From Hypanus sabinus (Eukaryota): DNA of 64,000 nt. The notes under the pieces are model-generated. The model made no database searches and was not told where the DNA came from. It worked only from the letters and a program-made list of their open reading frames with translations. Location: assembly GCF_030144855.1 (NCBI RefSeq), contig NC_082717.1:5456001-5520000 (forward strand). The letters are read 5' to 3'. How positions within the stretch are numbered: the first letter of the stretch is position 1; each line of letters starts with the position of its first letter. The translations under genes and the position numbers were made by a program. This document shows positions 1-13,700 of this stretch, piece by piece.

Positions 1-3000
1 AAGATTCTAACAGAAACAGTAAAAAGAAAAGAGGTGAACTTAAGCAACCTGAATTAACTTACGAGACAAAGTTGGATCTGTTGAACTACAAAAAAAATAT
101 TAAAGAAGATCTTAAGGTACTTCAGGATTCTCTGGCTGCGCTCGACCATGAAGCTAAACAACAACAAACTGATATTATAGAACTACGGGACGACGCTCGG
201 AAGAAAGATCAAAAAACCAATTCTTTGTAACAAACTCTGTCTTTGACAGTTAAACAGTTGGAGGGTTGCAAATCTAAGATCATCGATCTTGAAAATCAAT
301 CCAGAAGACAGAATCTATGTATAATTGGACTTCCCAAAGATATTGAGAAAGGAGATCCGGTAACATTCTTTTCTCAAATTTTAAAAGATGCTTTTACCTC
401 TGTATTTCCAAATGGGCCTCCATTGATTGAAAGGGCATATCACTCTCTTCCCCGACATTTGAGCTCTGGGGCCAAACTGAGAGCAGTAATTGTCCGGTTC
501 CATTACGTCCATGTTAAAGAATATGTTCTCCAAGGTGCTCGGCAGCGAGGTATGATCCACTATATAAATTACCAGTTCCGTCTTGTGCAAGATTACAGCC
601 CAGAAGTAATGAAGACACGAATTACATTTAAACCTCTGATGTCAGAATATTATGAAAAGGGATCCAAACCAACGCTACTCTATAAGGCGTGGCTTAGAAT
701 CACAACTACTGATGGGCATTGCCATGTCTTCCTCACTACACCGCCACTCAAAGCTTTTTGCATGAACATGTATCAGTATCAGTCATTCAATTTTAATTAA
801 TCTATGGTAATGTAGTTCTGGTTCTGTGCTTGTGTGCCTTTCTATTTTTTTTAAAAAAAGAAAAGTTTATAAGTTCTCTATAAAGTTTGATCTTTATAAA
901 CTAGAGTAGTGATATTTTACTTTTTAATTTACAGTTTTTTTTAATTGAAATACTTATTTTTTACATTTCTCCCTTTAAATTTCATAATTTTTTGTTTAAT
1001 CTTTTTGATTTTTTGTCATTTTTATTAATGGTTCGAAGGGGATTTTTTTTAGAGGAATATCTTCGTCCTCTTTTAGCTTTGTATAATTAAGATGGCGGTT
1101 CGTTGTTCTGATTCCATATTCTTGCTCTTCCATTCTGCCTTTTTTTTCTCTTTTTATACTTTCCTTCCCAGAATGCCTTTGGTTCTTTTTTTTTTTGAAA
1201 TGCTATTTTTAATTCCTTGTGTCTTGGTTTTTGAATTATAATACACGTGGACGTTTATTTTTTTCTGTTTTTAAAAATCATTTTATGATGGTTGTTATAT
1301 TTTAGTCTTTTTTTGGGATTTTGGGTGGTCCTTATTTCAACATATTTTTTTGGATTTGCCTTCTGGAGAAATAGGGGTAGAATTAGTATCATTTCTTGTT
1401 TTAGCCTTCTTGAGGCTTAGTCTGGGAACTTTCTGGGTGGAGAATGAGTTTTCTTTTAGTTTTCTTTTTTGGGCTGATTTAGAATTGCAAAGATGTATAC
1501 AGTGCCGTCACCCTTGGTTCCTCCCAGAGCTTTTGTTCCTTTTCTGGGTTCAGGAATTTGAATTATGCTTAACTCTTTATAAACCAAAGGGTTGATCTTA
1601 TATAATTATGGCTCTGAATATTAATTTTGTCTCTTGGAATACAAATGGTTTAAACCATTCACTTAAACAAAAGAAGATTTTTAAAGTATTCCAAAGACTA
1701 AATGCTCATAATATTTTTATACAAGAAACTCATGTAAGGAAAGAGCATTTTATTTAGGTTTTGGAAGGGATTTCCGTTTCACTCGAATTGTCAGGCTAAA
1801 GTAAGAGGTGTGCCAATTTTTATTGATCCCTCAATTAGATTTGTTCATCGTGATACTATTTCCAACCCAAATGGTGGATTTTTATTTATTACTGGGTTAC
1901 TTTTTAATAAAAAAGTGCTTATGGTCAATGTTTGTGCTCCGAATGTGGATTACCCCAATTTTTTTAAAGAATTGATTTACTGCTTTTCCTGATCTTAATG
2001 AATATATGCTGATATTGGGTGGTGATTTTAATTGTTGTTTGAACCTTTCGATGGACAGATCCATATCTACTCAAGTCTTACCGAACAAGTCAGCTACTCT
2101 TAACAATTCTTTCATGAATGACTCTGGAACTCTGGATATTTGGAGATTCTTACACCTCAAGGACAAAGTGTTTTCATTTTTTTCACGTGTATCATTCTTA
2201 CTCTAGAATTGATTACTTTATTATTGACTCTCGCCTTATCCTATCTGTGATTGACTGTAATTATGGCATTATCACCATTTCCGATCACGCTGCAATGAAA
2301 CTTTCGATCAAATTAATGGATACACCATCTACCATCAGACAATGGCAATTTAATTCCAATTTGCTTGAAGACCCGGATTTTGTTGAGGTTAAGAACGAAC
2401 AAATTTTTTTCTTTTCAACTAATTTTATAGAAGAAATTTCCTGCAGGACACTTTGGGAAACTTTTAAGGCATATATCCATGGACAAGTTATTTCTTACTC
2501 TGTTGGTATGAAGAAACATATCAAGAAGGAATCATCATTATTGGTTGGTAAGATAAAAGAAATCTATAAGAAATATTCTATTCTTCCTAGTAAAGAACTT
2601 TATAAACAGAGAGTCGAGCTTCAAATGGAATATAATTTATTACTTACTTCCTCGATTGAAAACCGATTAATGAAGACCAGAAGTGAATTTTACATCCATA
2701 GTGATAAATCAGGTAAATTATTAGCTAATCAATTAAAAACTACCTCGGTTAAATGCCAAATCTTTAAGATACATAAACAAGATGATAATTTGTCAGTTAA
2801 TCATGATGAAATAAACAAATCTTTTCAAGATTTTTATACTGCTTCGTATAAATCTGATTTTCCTAATGATGCTAATACTATGCATGACTTCTTAAGAAAA
2901 TAGAATTTACCAAAATTATCACCTGAAGAACGTTTAATGTTAGAAACTCCTATTAGAGATGAAGAAATAAAAAAATGTCATTCGTTCAATGTATTCTGGT

Positions 3001-5650
3001 AAAACACCAGGTCCAGATGGTTATACAACAGAATTTTAAAACTGTTTTTCTTCTATTCTCTCGCCTTGGTTAGGCAGAGTTTTTAAAGAAGCAATTACAT
3101 TGGGTAAATTACCACAATTATATAATAGGGCTTCTATTTCTTTAATATTAAAAAAGAATAAAGATCCTATTGAGTGTGCATCATACCGACCGATATCCTT
3201 GTTGAATGTAGATTTCAAGATTTTTTCTGAGATATTGGTGATTATGTTGGAGAAGGTGTTACCTCAAATTATTTCCATGGATCAAACTGGATTTATTAAA
3301 AACTGGTACTCTTCTTTTAATATTAGGAGATTAATGAATATCATTTACACTCCTTCATGTACCATTCCAGAATGTGTTATTTCATTAGATGCTGAGAAAG
3401 CATTTGACAGAGTTGAATGGCCATATTTATTTACTGCATTTGAGAAATTTAATTTTAGTTTGACATTTATATCTTGGGTTAAATTGATATATCTTACCCC
3501 AGTATCTTTGGTTAATACTAATAATCAAAGAGCTCCCTTTCTTTGTTTATTTCAGGGTACTAGGCAAGGCTGTCCTCTTAGTCCATTACTATTCGATATT
3601 ACTCTGGAAACCTTAGCAATTGCTATTTGGGAATCATCTCTTATTTTTGGTATTACCCGTGGGAATGAGATACATAACCTATCATTATATGCAGATGATT
3701 TATTATTGTATATCTCTAATCCTGAGGAATCCATTCCCACAGTTTTATCTTTATTGGATCAGTTCAGTAATTTTTTGGGATACAAACTGAATTATAATAA
3801 GAATGAATTATTTCCTTTAAATCCGTATGTTCCAATATATGGATGTTTGCCTTTTAAATTGGTTACTGATTATTTCATATATTTAGGGGTTAATATTACC
3901 AAAAAACATAAATATTTATTTAAGGCTATCTTTTTACCTTTAATTGATGAGATTAAATTATTATTTACTAATTGATCACCAGTATCTTTGTCATTGATAG
4001 GCCGGATCAATGCTATCAAGATGATTATATGACCCAAATTTTTATATTTATTTCAAGCGGTACCAATTTTTATTCTGAAATCTTTTTTTGATAGTGTTAA
4101 TTCTAAAATCTCTTCTTATATTTGGCAGAATAAAAATCCAAGGTTAGCCAAAAAATATTTACAGAAGTCTAAAAAGGAGGGTGGATTGGCATTGCCGAAT
4201 GTCAGATTTTATTATTGGACAATTAATATTAGATATTTGAAATTTTGGTTATGGGACTTGGATAGAACTTCAAGCCATCCCTGGGTAAACCTTGAATGTA
4301 AGTCGGTACAAGGGGTTTTGTTGGGTTCTTTTCTGAGGACCTCACTTCCCTTTGCTCTTTCTAAATTGCATAAACTACTAGATAATCCATTAGTTAAACA
4401 TACTTTATGAATATGGTTTCAATTTCAGAAATTTTTTGGGTTAAATCAATTTGTTCTAGCAAGTCCTATTATTTCTATTTTTTTTATCCTTCTATTATAG
4501 ATCAAGCCTATTTGATTTGGAACACTAAAGGTATTTCATGATTTTGTGATTTATTTTTGGATAACTGTTTCATGTCATTTGAACAATTATCTAATAAATA
4601 TAATTTACTTAGATCTCATGTTTTTTTAGATATTTACGTTAGAAACTTTTTAAATACCATCCTTCCTACTTTCCTGAATATATACTCTACAGATAATTTG
4701 GAAAAAAAAATTAGATTTAAATCCTTCACATAGCATCAATAGCATCTATTTATAATATAATTATGAAAATCAGTTCAGATGCATCTAATAAAATTAGAAA
4801 TGACTGGGAAAGGGAACTTAAGCTTACCTTACCTACTGAAAAATGGGAAAAAAATTTCAATTAGTTAATTCATCCTCTATATGTACTAAACATTCGCTGA
4901 TACAGTTCAAAGTAGTGCAAAGGGCTCACATGTCTAAGGATAAATTAGCTCGTTATTGTTCTCATATAAATCCAATGTGTGACAGATGTCATTCTGAGTT
5001 TTCTTCTTTAACTCACATGCTTTGGTCATGTTCCACCTTGAAAAAATATTGGGCAGAAATCTTTGATATTATTTCAACAGTTTTGAATATTAATTTACAA
5101 CTTCATCCTATTACGGCAATTTTTGGTTTACCAATGATAGAACCACACCACTTAACCTCCTCAGCACTATTATTTCATGCTCTCATTATTTATTGCTATT
5201 TATTTACATTGCTTTTTCACAGTTTGTTGTTCATTGATCCTGTTTACAGTTAGTGCTCTATAGATTTGCTAAGCATGCCTGCAGAAAGAGAATCTCAGGG
5301 TTGATACGTGATGACATGTATGTACTCAGATAATAAACTTTACTTTGAACTTTGCACTTGAAACTTTGAAACAAGGAGCTGATTATTGACTTCAGGAGGA
5401 GGAAAACAGAGGTCCATGAGCCAGTCTTCATCGGGGGATCAGAGGTGGAAAGAGTGATTGCATTTCTTACTTTAATGGCTAAAAGATCAATTTTGTTGAA
5501 TTGGAAGGAGACGAATCCTCCCACCATATTTCATTGGTTTTCTCAAACTATGATATGTTTAAACTTAGAAGTGTTATATATGACCTTCCTATTAAATTTG
5601 ATCAGACTTTTATTCAACACTTTCATATGATGTGAGTTGACCCCTTTATA
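1..5650 (+). mobile_element. Degenerate L1/Tx1-type LINE: ORF1 remnant plus fragmented ORF2 (APE endonuclease, RT, C-terminal zinc knuckle)
   Basis: ORF 243-800 resembles L1 ORF1p C-terminus (DLENQSRRQNLCIIGLP...IERAYH). ORF2 starts at ATG 1608 (MALNINFVSWNTNGLN). RT motifs SLDAEKAFDRVEW, GTRQGCPLSPLLF and LYADD in 3100-3975; CDRC...HMLWSC in 4843-5253. Many stops and frameshifts. Confidence 0.93.
5165..5452 (+). mobile_element. Rex/Babar-type LINE fragments inserted in the L1 3' end
   Basis: 3' UTR with a tttgaac-type tail, then an RT piece (ELIIDFRRRKTEVHEPVFIGGSEVERV). L1 ORF2 resumes at IAFLTLMAKRSILLNWK. Confidence 0.65.
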
Positions 5651-5659
5651 AGCCTTTTT

Positions 5660-6720
5660 TGTGTTAATATATGTAGGGAGGTTCAAGGAAGTAACAAGCA
5701 GGATAGACAAAGGAGAGGCAGTTGATGTCCTTTACTTGGATTTTCAGAAGGCATTTGATAAGGTGCCACACATGAGGCTGCTTAACAAGACAAAATCCTA
5801 TGACATTACAAGGAAGATGCTGGCATGGATAGAGAAATGGCTGACAGCCAGGAGGCAGCAAGTGGGAATAAAATGGGCCTTTTCTAGTTCACTGCCGGTG
5901 ACTAGTGGTATTCCTCAGGGGTCAGTTTTGGGACCGCTGCTTTTCACATTGTTTGTCAAAGACTTAGATAATGGAATTGATAGCTTTGTGGAAAGTTTGC
6001 AGATGATACAAAGATTAGGAAGCAATGCAATTGCAGCAGGACTTAGACAAATTGGAAGAATGAGTTGGGAAATGTATGACAACGATATTTGGTAAAAAGA
6101 GCAATAATGTGGACTATAATCCGAATGGGGAGAAGGTTCAGACATCAGAGGTACAGAGGGGCTAAGGAGTCCTTGTCCAAGTATCCCAGAAGGTTAATTT
6201 GCAGTTTGAGTCTGTGGTAAAGAAGGCAAATGCAATTTTGGCATTTACTTCCAGGGGAATAGAATATAAAAGCAAGGTAATAACGCTGAGCCTTTATAAG
6301 ACGCTAGTCAGGCCACACTTGGAGTATTGTCAACAGATTTGGGCTCCATGTCTCAGAAAGGATGTGCTGTTATTGGAGAGAATCCAGAGGAGATTCACAA
6401 GGATGATTCTGGGAATGAAAGGTTTCAGGTATGAGCAGCATTTACCAACTTTGAGCCTGTACTCACTGGAATTTAAAGAGCGCAAGGCAATCTCATTGAA
6501 ACATACTGAATGTTGAAAGGACTAGAGTGGGTGTATGTGGAGATGATGTTTCCTTTGGTGGGGTATCCAGAACTAGAGGACACAACCTCAGTAACGACCT
6601 TTTAGAACACAGATAAGGAGGAATATTTTTAGCCAGAGAGTAGTGAATCTATCACAGACTGCAGTGGAGTCCAGGTCTATGGGTATATTTAAGATGGAAG
6701 TTCCTAGTGTACACAATCAG
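5660..6720 (+). mobile_element. 5'-truncated CR1 LINE (RT C-terminal half)
   Basis: [41 protein letters not shown] in ORFs 5661-6095 and 6199-6516. Confidence 0.92.
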
Positions 6721-6879
6721 AATTGAATTGAATTGGCTTTACTACTTACATCCTTCATATACATTAGAAGTAAAAATATTTACATTACGTCTTTCTATAT
6801 GTGCAAAGTGCAATTTATAGTAATCTGTAATAAATAGTATGTAAAACAGGATGGTCAATATAACATAGAAATGCAATTG

Positions 6880-7140
6880 TATCAATGTGAATTAATCAGT
6901 CTGATGGCTTGGTGGAAGAAGACGTCCCAGAGCCTGTTGGTCCTGGTGGTACCATTTCCCAGATGGTACCAGCTGGAACAGTTTGTGGTTGTGGTGACTC
7001 AGGTTCCCAATGATCCTTCGCGCCCTTTTTAACCACCTGTCTTTGTAAATGTCTTGAATAGTGGGAAGGTCCCATCTACAGGTGCATTGGGCTGTCTGCA
7101 CCACTCTCTGCAGAGTCCTGTGATTGAGGGAAGTACAGTT
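6880..7140 (-). mobile_element. Rex/Babar-type LINE 3' fragment
   Basis: ORF 6892-7161: RTLQRVVQTAQ...LPTIQDIY...HNHKLFQLVPSGK, typical RT C-terminus of this clade. Confidence 0.75.
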
Positions 7141-7347
7141 CCCAATCTGTCCTTGTGACACAGACCCCCAGGACCAGACAACATTCTGGTGGATCGTTTC
7201 TGCACTCTTTCTATTTTAATAACATCCTTTCTATAACAGGATGATCAAAACTGTACACAGTACCATTACCAACAACTGGTCAATTAAACTCAAAGGCAGA
7301 TGAAACCAATCTCAGACTGGGTGACCCCACTCTGGGAATTTACTTAC

Positions 7348-7396
7348 CCACTGCACAGACAGACAGAGTCAAGGTTGCCATTATTGCTGTAAACAT
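7348..7396 (-). CDS. Signal-peptide (leader) exon of an Ig/TCR-type gene: MFTAIMATLTLSVCAV plus a phase-1 G
   Basis: Reverse complement ATGTTTACAGCAATAATGGCAACCTTGACTCTGTCTGTCTGTGCAGTGG|GTAAGT: 49 nt, hydrophobic, consensus donor, phase 1, as in Ig/TCR leader exons. It lies in non-repeat sequence. The next exon was not found in the window. Confidence 0.7.
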
Positions 7397-7517
7397 TTCT
7401 TCGTGTTTGTTTTTTAAAAACTGAATTTCTTCTCATTCAGACCAAATATTCTCCGTCGGTATTTCACAAGTGACTGATTCCTCTTCAACTTCCCTGCAAC
7501 ACAAAGGCACAGGGTAT

Positions 7518-7530
7518 GAAGAGGAAGTGA
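7518..7530 (+). promoter_or_regulatory. PU.1/Spi-B (ETS) consensus site about 120 bp upstream of the leader ATG
   Basis: GAAGAGGAAGTGA closely matches the PU.1 motif (AAAGAGGAAGTG). A one-mismatch octamer ATTTACAT lies at 7610-7617. Function is inferred. Confidence 0.45.
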
Positions 7531-7729
7531 TGGGGGAAAGTGGGCAGTCCAGTGAAAACTGCTGATAAAATACCAACAAACAGCAGAGTAGCTGAATGTT
7601 TTCATCCACATTTACATGTCTGTTACTGAAACTCACTCCTTATATCCATAATATCAGATTCAAAGGTGAGAAACAAGCCAAGTGAACTGTTTCCCCTTCC
7701 AGACAGTAGGGCTCTTCATGATAAGGCTA

Positions 7730-10700
7730 TGAAACACTCTGGTTCCGCTGGCTGCGCAAGCCCAGGGAATGACAATCTCCGGACCAACCAAATGTGACAG
7801 ATTGAAGACCGAGCCCCAAAATCAACTTGTTTGTGTAGATGCTGTGTGATTCATTACCCTGTTACAGATAAGTACCATGAAATAACAGACAGTACACCTC
7901 ATAAAATTAAAAGATTTAGCTTTATAATTCATTTGCCTAAAGAGTTAATAAAGAAAAAGCCAAAAAGGAAAAGGACCCATTTTAATGAAACAATCTAATG
8001 TGCACAAGTTAGAGCCGACAGTTTCCCCTTCACCAACCTTCCTTCAATCTTCCCGGGCTTTGTTGAATCACGGCCCCACTCCGGGTCGATTCCTATGACC
8101 TCTTCCTTCTGTTGCCTTCTCCCTTCTCCCCAATAAAGCTCCAAGCCCAGCCTTCCTGTCCCTCACCAGAGAAACCTCCCTTAAATCCAGCCATCCTAAC
8201 TGGATGGGATACAGTTCTCCAATCCCTTAATCTTCAACAGTAACCAAACAAGCTGCGTACACAGAACAGAACAGCTTTACAGAGAAAAATATGAACCAGG
8301 GCATTATACTCTCTCCCCACCAAAATAGTCATGTTTCAATGACTTTGAAATAATACCACTGCTTTCAGAGGAGTTTTGTGATGTCAGCACCTCCAATCCA
8401 TTTGTAAAGGCTAGTGACATATCTCACCAGGGGGATAGCCGTGGCACTCTGTTCCCCATTGCTACATAGGCCAGACTGTCTGGGGACTCCTGATTCTCTG
8501 AGACCTCCTCACACTGTCATCTACTTCAGGTTCCAACCCTCCATGAGGTACTGCTGGGCTATCTGATGAGGCCCCTCCCAGTCTATCGCTCGTGCCCTCC
8601 TGTAACTTGAATCATTCTGGCCATTGACTGAGCCCCACTTCATCCCTTTCACGGTCCTGCTGAAACCCAGCCTGCCCACAGATAGTTCCCCCCACCCCCC
8701 GATTTCACCAGACTCAGCATGACAAGAGTTGGGAATCTCTTCCTCAATCAGTCGGGAATTAGCAGAATGCAGCATATCCCCCACTCCCCGTTTCCTCATC
8801 CTTCGAGACTGCATCCCATTCAGGGGTGGGGGCCAGTCTAATATCTCCTGCTGTTGGTTCTTCAGTCACTCTGTATTGCTGTGGAGTCTTCTTACCAGGT
8901 GCAGGCTCCAGGTTGGGCTCGGGTCAACCCACACCTCACCTCCCAGAGGCAGAAAGTGGTTCCGATGGAGATTCTTGACAGGACCTTTCCCATTCTCTGG
9001 TTTCACCTGGAAAGCTAGTACATTTGACATCTGACTCTCCATTACATAAAGCGTAGCCACACAGCAGTCAGCCAACTTATGCTCCTCAGGTAAACCAAAA
9101 TTCCTTATGAGGAGTCAGTCTCCCGGCATGTTGGGAGAACTAACATTTTGATCGTACTTCCTCTTATTTCCTTGATTCTGCTTGGCAGCCATGACCACAG
9201 CTAATTCATAAGCCTTTTTCTACTCCCTTCTCATATCAGACACATACTTCAGATAAATCTTTGGTGTAGGTCTTCCTTGCCAGCCCCAAAACAAAGGTTG
9301 CTGGGTAACCTTGGCTTGAGATCAAACATCAGATAATATGGCGAGTACCCGGTAGCTTCATTTCAGATACAGTTGTAGCAGTGGACCAGTTGTCCAATAT
9401 GTTGACTCCACTTCTTCTTGCTGATTTCAAAGGCTCCTGGTATGTCTAGCAAGGTCTAATTAAACCTCTCAGGCTGGGGATTACCCTACTGTAATAAGGA
9501 ATAGTCCTAGACTTCTCGACCCCACGCATGCTCAATAGCTCATGTACGATCATATTTTCAAAATCCTGATCACTGTGATCATTGCCTACACAGGCTATAA
9601 TAAATGTAATGCTTCTCCCATAACACTTTGGCCACCGTGGACACCCTCTGATCCTTGGTAGGGAAAGCTTGCACTTATCTGATGTAGCGATCCATAATGA
9701 CCAAGACATTCACCATGTTGCTGGCATCTGGCTCGATTGACAGGAAATTAATACACACCAGGTCACGGTGCCCTGCTCTCTGCAAATGGGATAACGGAGT
9801 GGACCTCCTAGGCAACATCTTCCTCTATATGCAGTGAATGCATGACCCACAGTACTCTTCGATCTCCAGCTTCTTTCCAAAAGACCATAAGACATAGGAC
9901 CAGAATTAGGCCATCTGGCCCATCAAGTCTGCACCATCATTCCATCATGGCTGATCCTTTTTTTAAGTCTCCTCCTCAACCTTGAGGCTGTGCGCTGTCA
10001 TCCCAGACTCTAACACCCTAGGGAAAAATTCATTCCACATCTACTCTGTCTAGGCCTTTCAACATTCAAAAGTTTTCAATGAGATCCCCTCCCCCCCCCC
10101 ATCCTTCTGCATTCCAGTGAGTACAGACCCAGAGCCATCAAATGTTCCCTATGATAACCATTTCCTTCCTGGAATTATCCTTGTGAACTTCCTCTGTACT
10201 CTCTCCAATGCCAACACATCTTTTCTAAGATGAGGGCACCAAAACTGTTTACGATACTCAAGGTAAGGTCTCACCAGTGCCTTATTAAGCCTCAGCATCA
10301 CATCCTTGCTCTTCTATGCTAGACCTTTGGAAATGAATGCTAAGATGGCATTTACCAACACCAACTCAGTCTGCAAGTTAACTTTCAGGGTGTTCTACAC
10401 AAAGGACAAGTCGCTCTGCATCTTAGATTCCTGGGTTTTCTCCCCGTTTAAAAAATAGTCTGCACAGTTATTTCCACTACTAAAGTGCATGACCATGCAT
10501 TTTCAAACATTATATTTCATTTGTCACTTTCTTGACCATTCTCCTAATCTGTCTAAGACCATCTGCATCCCAACTGTTTCCTCAACACTACCTGCCCCTC
10601 CACCAAGCTTTGTATCATCTGCAAACTTGACAACAAAGCCAAATATTCAATCATCTATATCATTTATATACTGCATAAAAAGAAGTTGTCCCAACACCAA

Positions 10701-13700
10701 CCCCTGCAGAACACCACTAGTCACTGGCAGCCAACCAGAAAAGGATCCTTTTATTCCCACTTGCTGCCTCCTACCAATTAGTCAATACTCTAACCATCTT
10801 AGTAACTTTCCGGTAATACCATGGGCTCTTAACTTGGTAAGCAGCCTCATGTGTGGCACCTTGTCAAAGCCCTTCTGTAAGTCCAAATATACAACATCCA
10901 TTGCATGCCCTTTATCTATCCTACTTGTAATCTCCTCAAAGAATTCTGACAGGTTCATCAGGTAGGATTTTCCCTGAAGATAACCATGCTGACTTTATAC
11001 TATCTTGTCCTGTGTCACCAAGTACTTCATCACCTCATCCTTGACTCTAACATCTTCCCAACTACTGAGATCAGGCTAACTGGCCTATAATTTCTTTTCT
11101 GCTGCCTTCCTCCTTTCTTAAAGTGTGGAGTAACATTTGCAATTTTCCAGTCCACTGGCACCCTGCCAGAATCCAAAGATTTTTCAAAGATCATTTCTAA
11201 TGCCACCACAGTTTCTCAAGCAGTTTCCAGAACCCTAGGATGCAGTTCCTCTGGTCCGGGTGACTTACGTACCTTTAGATCTTTCAGCTTTTTGAGCACC
11301 TTCTCTCTTGTAACAGTAACTGCACCCACTTCTCTTCCTTCACACACTACACCATCAGACATATTGCTAGTGTCTTTCGCAGTGAGGATGGATGCAAAAT
11401 ACTCATTTAGTTCATCAGCCATCTCCTTGTCCCCGTTTTTATTTCTCCTGCCTCATTTTCCAGTGATCCTTTATCCACTCTCATCTCTCTTTTAACTTTT
11501 ACATACTTCCAAAACTTTTACTATCCACTTTGATATTATTTGCTAGCATGTGTTCGTATTTCATCTTTTTCTTTCTAATGATCTTAGTTGCTATGTAGCT
11601 TTTTAAAAACTTACCAAACCTCTATCTTCCCACTAATTTTTTGCTTTGTTGTATGCCCGTTCTTTTGCTTTTACAATAGCTTTGACTTCCCTTGTCAACC
11701 ACAGTTGTACTATTTTACCATTTCGGTGTTACTTCATTGTTGGAATACACATGTCCTGCACGTTCCTCATTTTTCCCAGAAACCCACACCATTGCTACTC
11801 TGCTGACATTGCTGCCTTCAGCTCCTTCCAATTTACTTTGGCCAACTCCTCTCTTATGCAACTGTAATTTCCCCTACTCCACTGAAATACTGCTGCATCA
11901 GACTACTTTCTCCCCATCAGTTTTCAAGTTGAACTCAATCATATTGTGATCACTGGTTCCTTAGGGTTATTTTACCTTAAGCTCCCTAATCACCTCCAGT
12001 TCATTACAACAACAAATTCAGTATTGCTGATCCCCTAGTAGGTTCAACAACAAACTGCTGTAAAAAGCTATCTCATTGGCATTCAACAAACTCACTCTCT
12101 TGAGATCCATTACCAGCCTGATTTTCTGAATCAACCTGCATGTTAAAATCTCCCATGACTAGCATAATATTGCCCGTTTGACTTGCCTTTTTTCATTTTC
12201 TGTTGTAACTGCGGTCCACCTCCCAGCCACTGGTTAGGTGGAGGCCTGTAGATAACTGCCATCAATGTCCTTTTACCCTTGCAGTTTCTTAACTCAACCC
12301 ACAAGGATTCAACATCCTCCAATCCTATATCACAACTTCCTACTGATTTGATGCCGTTCTTTACCAGTAGAGCCCCACCACCCCCCTGCCTGCCTTCCTA
12401 TCCCTCCGATGTAATGCGTAACCTTGGACATTCAGCTCCCAACTACAACCATCCTTCAGCCATGATTCAGTGATGACCACAACATCATACCTGGTCATCT
12501 GTAATATTGCTACAAGATCATCCACCTTATTTCTTATACTACGTGCATTTGGATATAATATCTTGAGTACCATATTTGCTATCCTTTCTGACTCTGCATT
12601 CCTAATGATTTGATACTCTGCTTGTTGGCTGCAACTAAATCCTGTCACCTACCTGCACTTCCTGACAATCTGAGTCCATCCCCCTTCCATGTTAAGTTAA
12701 ATGCACCCCAACAGCTCTAACAAACCTGCTCAGGAGAATATTCATCCCTCTCGGGTTTAGGTGCAACCCATCACTTTTGAATAGGTCATACCTCCCCCAG
12801 AAGAGATTCCAATTAACCAAGAACCTGAAGCTCTGCCCCCTGCACCAGCTTCTCAGCCATGGATTAATCCAACAAATCATCCTGTTTCTACCCCCACTGA
12901 CACGTGGTACATGTAGCAATCTAGAAATTACTGCCCTGGAGGTCCTGCTTCTCAGCTTTCTAACTAGCTCTCTAAATTCTCTTTTCAGGACCGCTTCGCT
13001 CTTCTTTCTTTGTCATTGGTACAATATGTACCATGCCATCTGGCTGCTTCCCCTCCCTCTCCAAAATGTTGTGGATGCGATCTGAGACATCCCTGAACCT
13101 GGCACCTGGGAGGCAACATACCATCCAGGTGTCCTGTACATGTCCACAGAATCTCCTGTCTGTTCCCCTCATTATCAAGTCCCCTATCACTATTGCTCCC
13201 CTCTTCTCCCTCTTTCCCTTCTGCACCATGGACCCATGCTTGATGCCTGTAACCTGGTCACCATGGCATTCTCCCAGGAGGCCATCTCCCATGAAAGTAT
13301 CCAAAGCGGTATACTTGATTCTGAGGGGAATGGTCGCAGGGGTGCTCCGCTCTAACTGCCTATTCCCATTTCTCCTGATGGTCACCCAGCTGCTCGCCTC
13401 CTGCAACTGTGGGGTGACTACGTCTCTGTAACTTTGATCAATTATATCCTCGCTGTCCTGTACGAGCCAAAGGTCATCCAGTTGCTCCAGATCCCAAACA
13501 CGGTCTTCAAGGAGCTGCAGCCGGATGCACTTCTAGCAGAAGTAGTTCCCCGGGAGACTCTGGGTCTCCCAAGATGCCAACATCCGGCACGAAGAACACT
13601 CCACAACCATTTGAATGGTACAGTAAAAAAAGGGAAAAAAAGATAAAAAGAAAACCTTAACAGATGCTTCACATAGAAACGATGCCTCCTCCGTGACAAA

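Noticed and set aside
10489-13431. Several + strand ORFs (158, 102 and 132 aa)
   Set aside because: Antisense shadows of the minus-strand CR1 ORF1 and ORF2.
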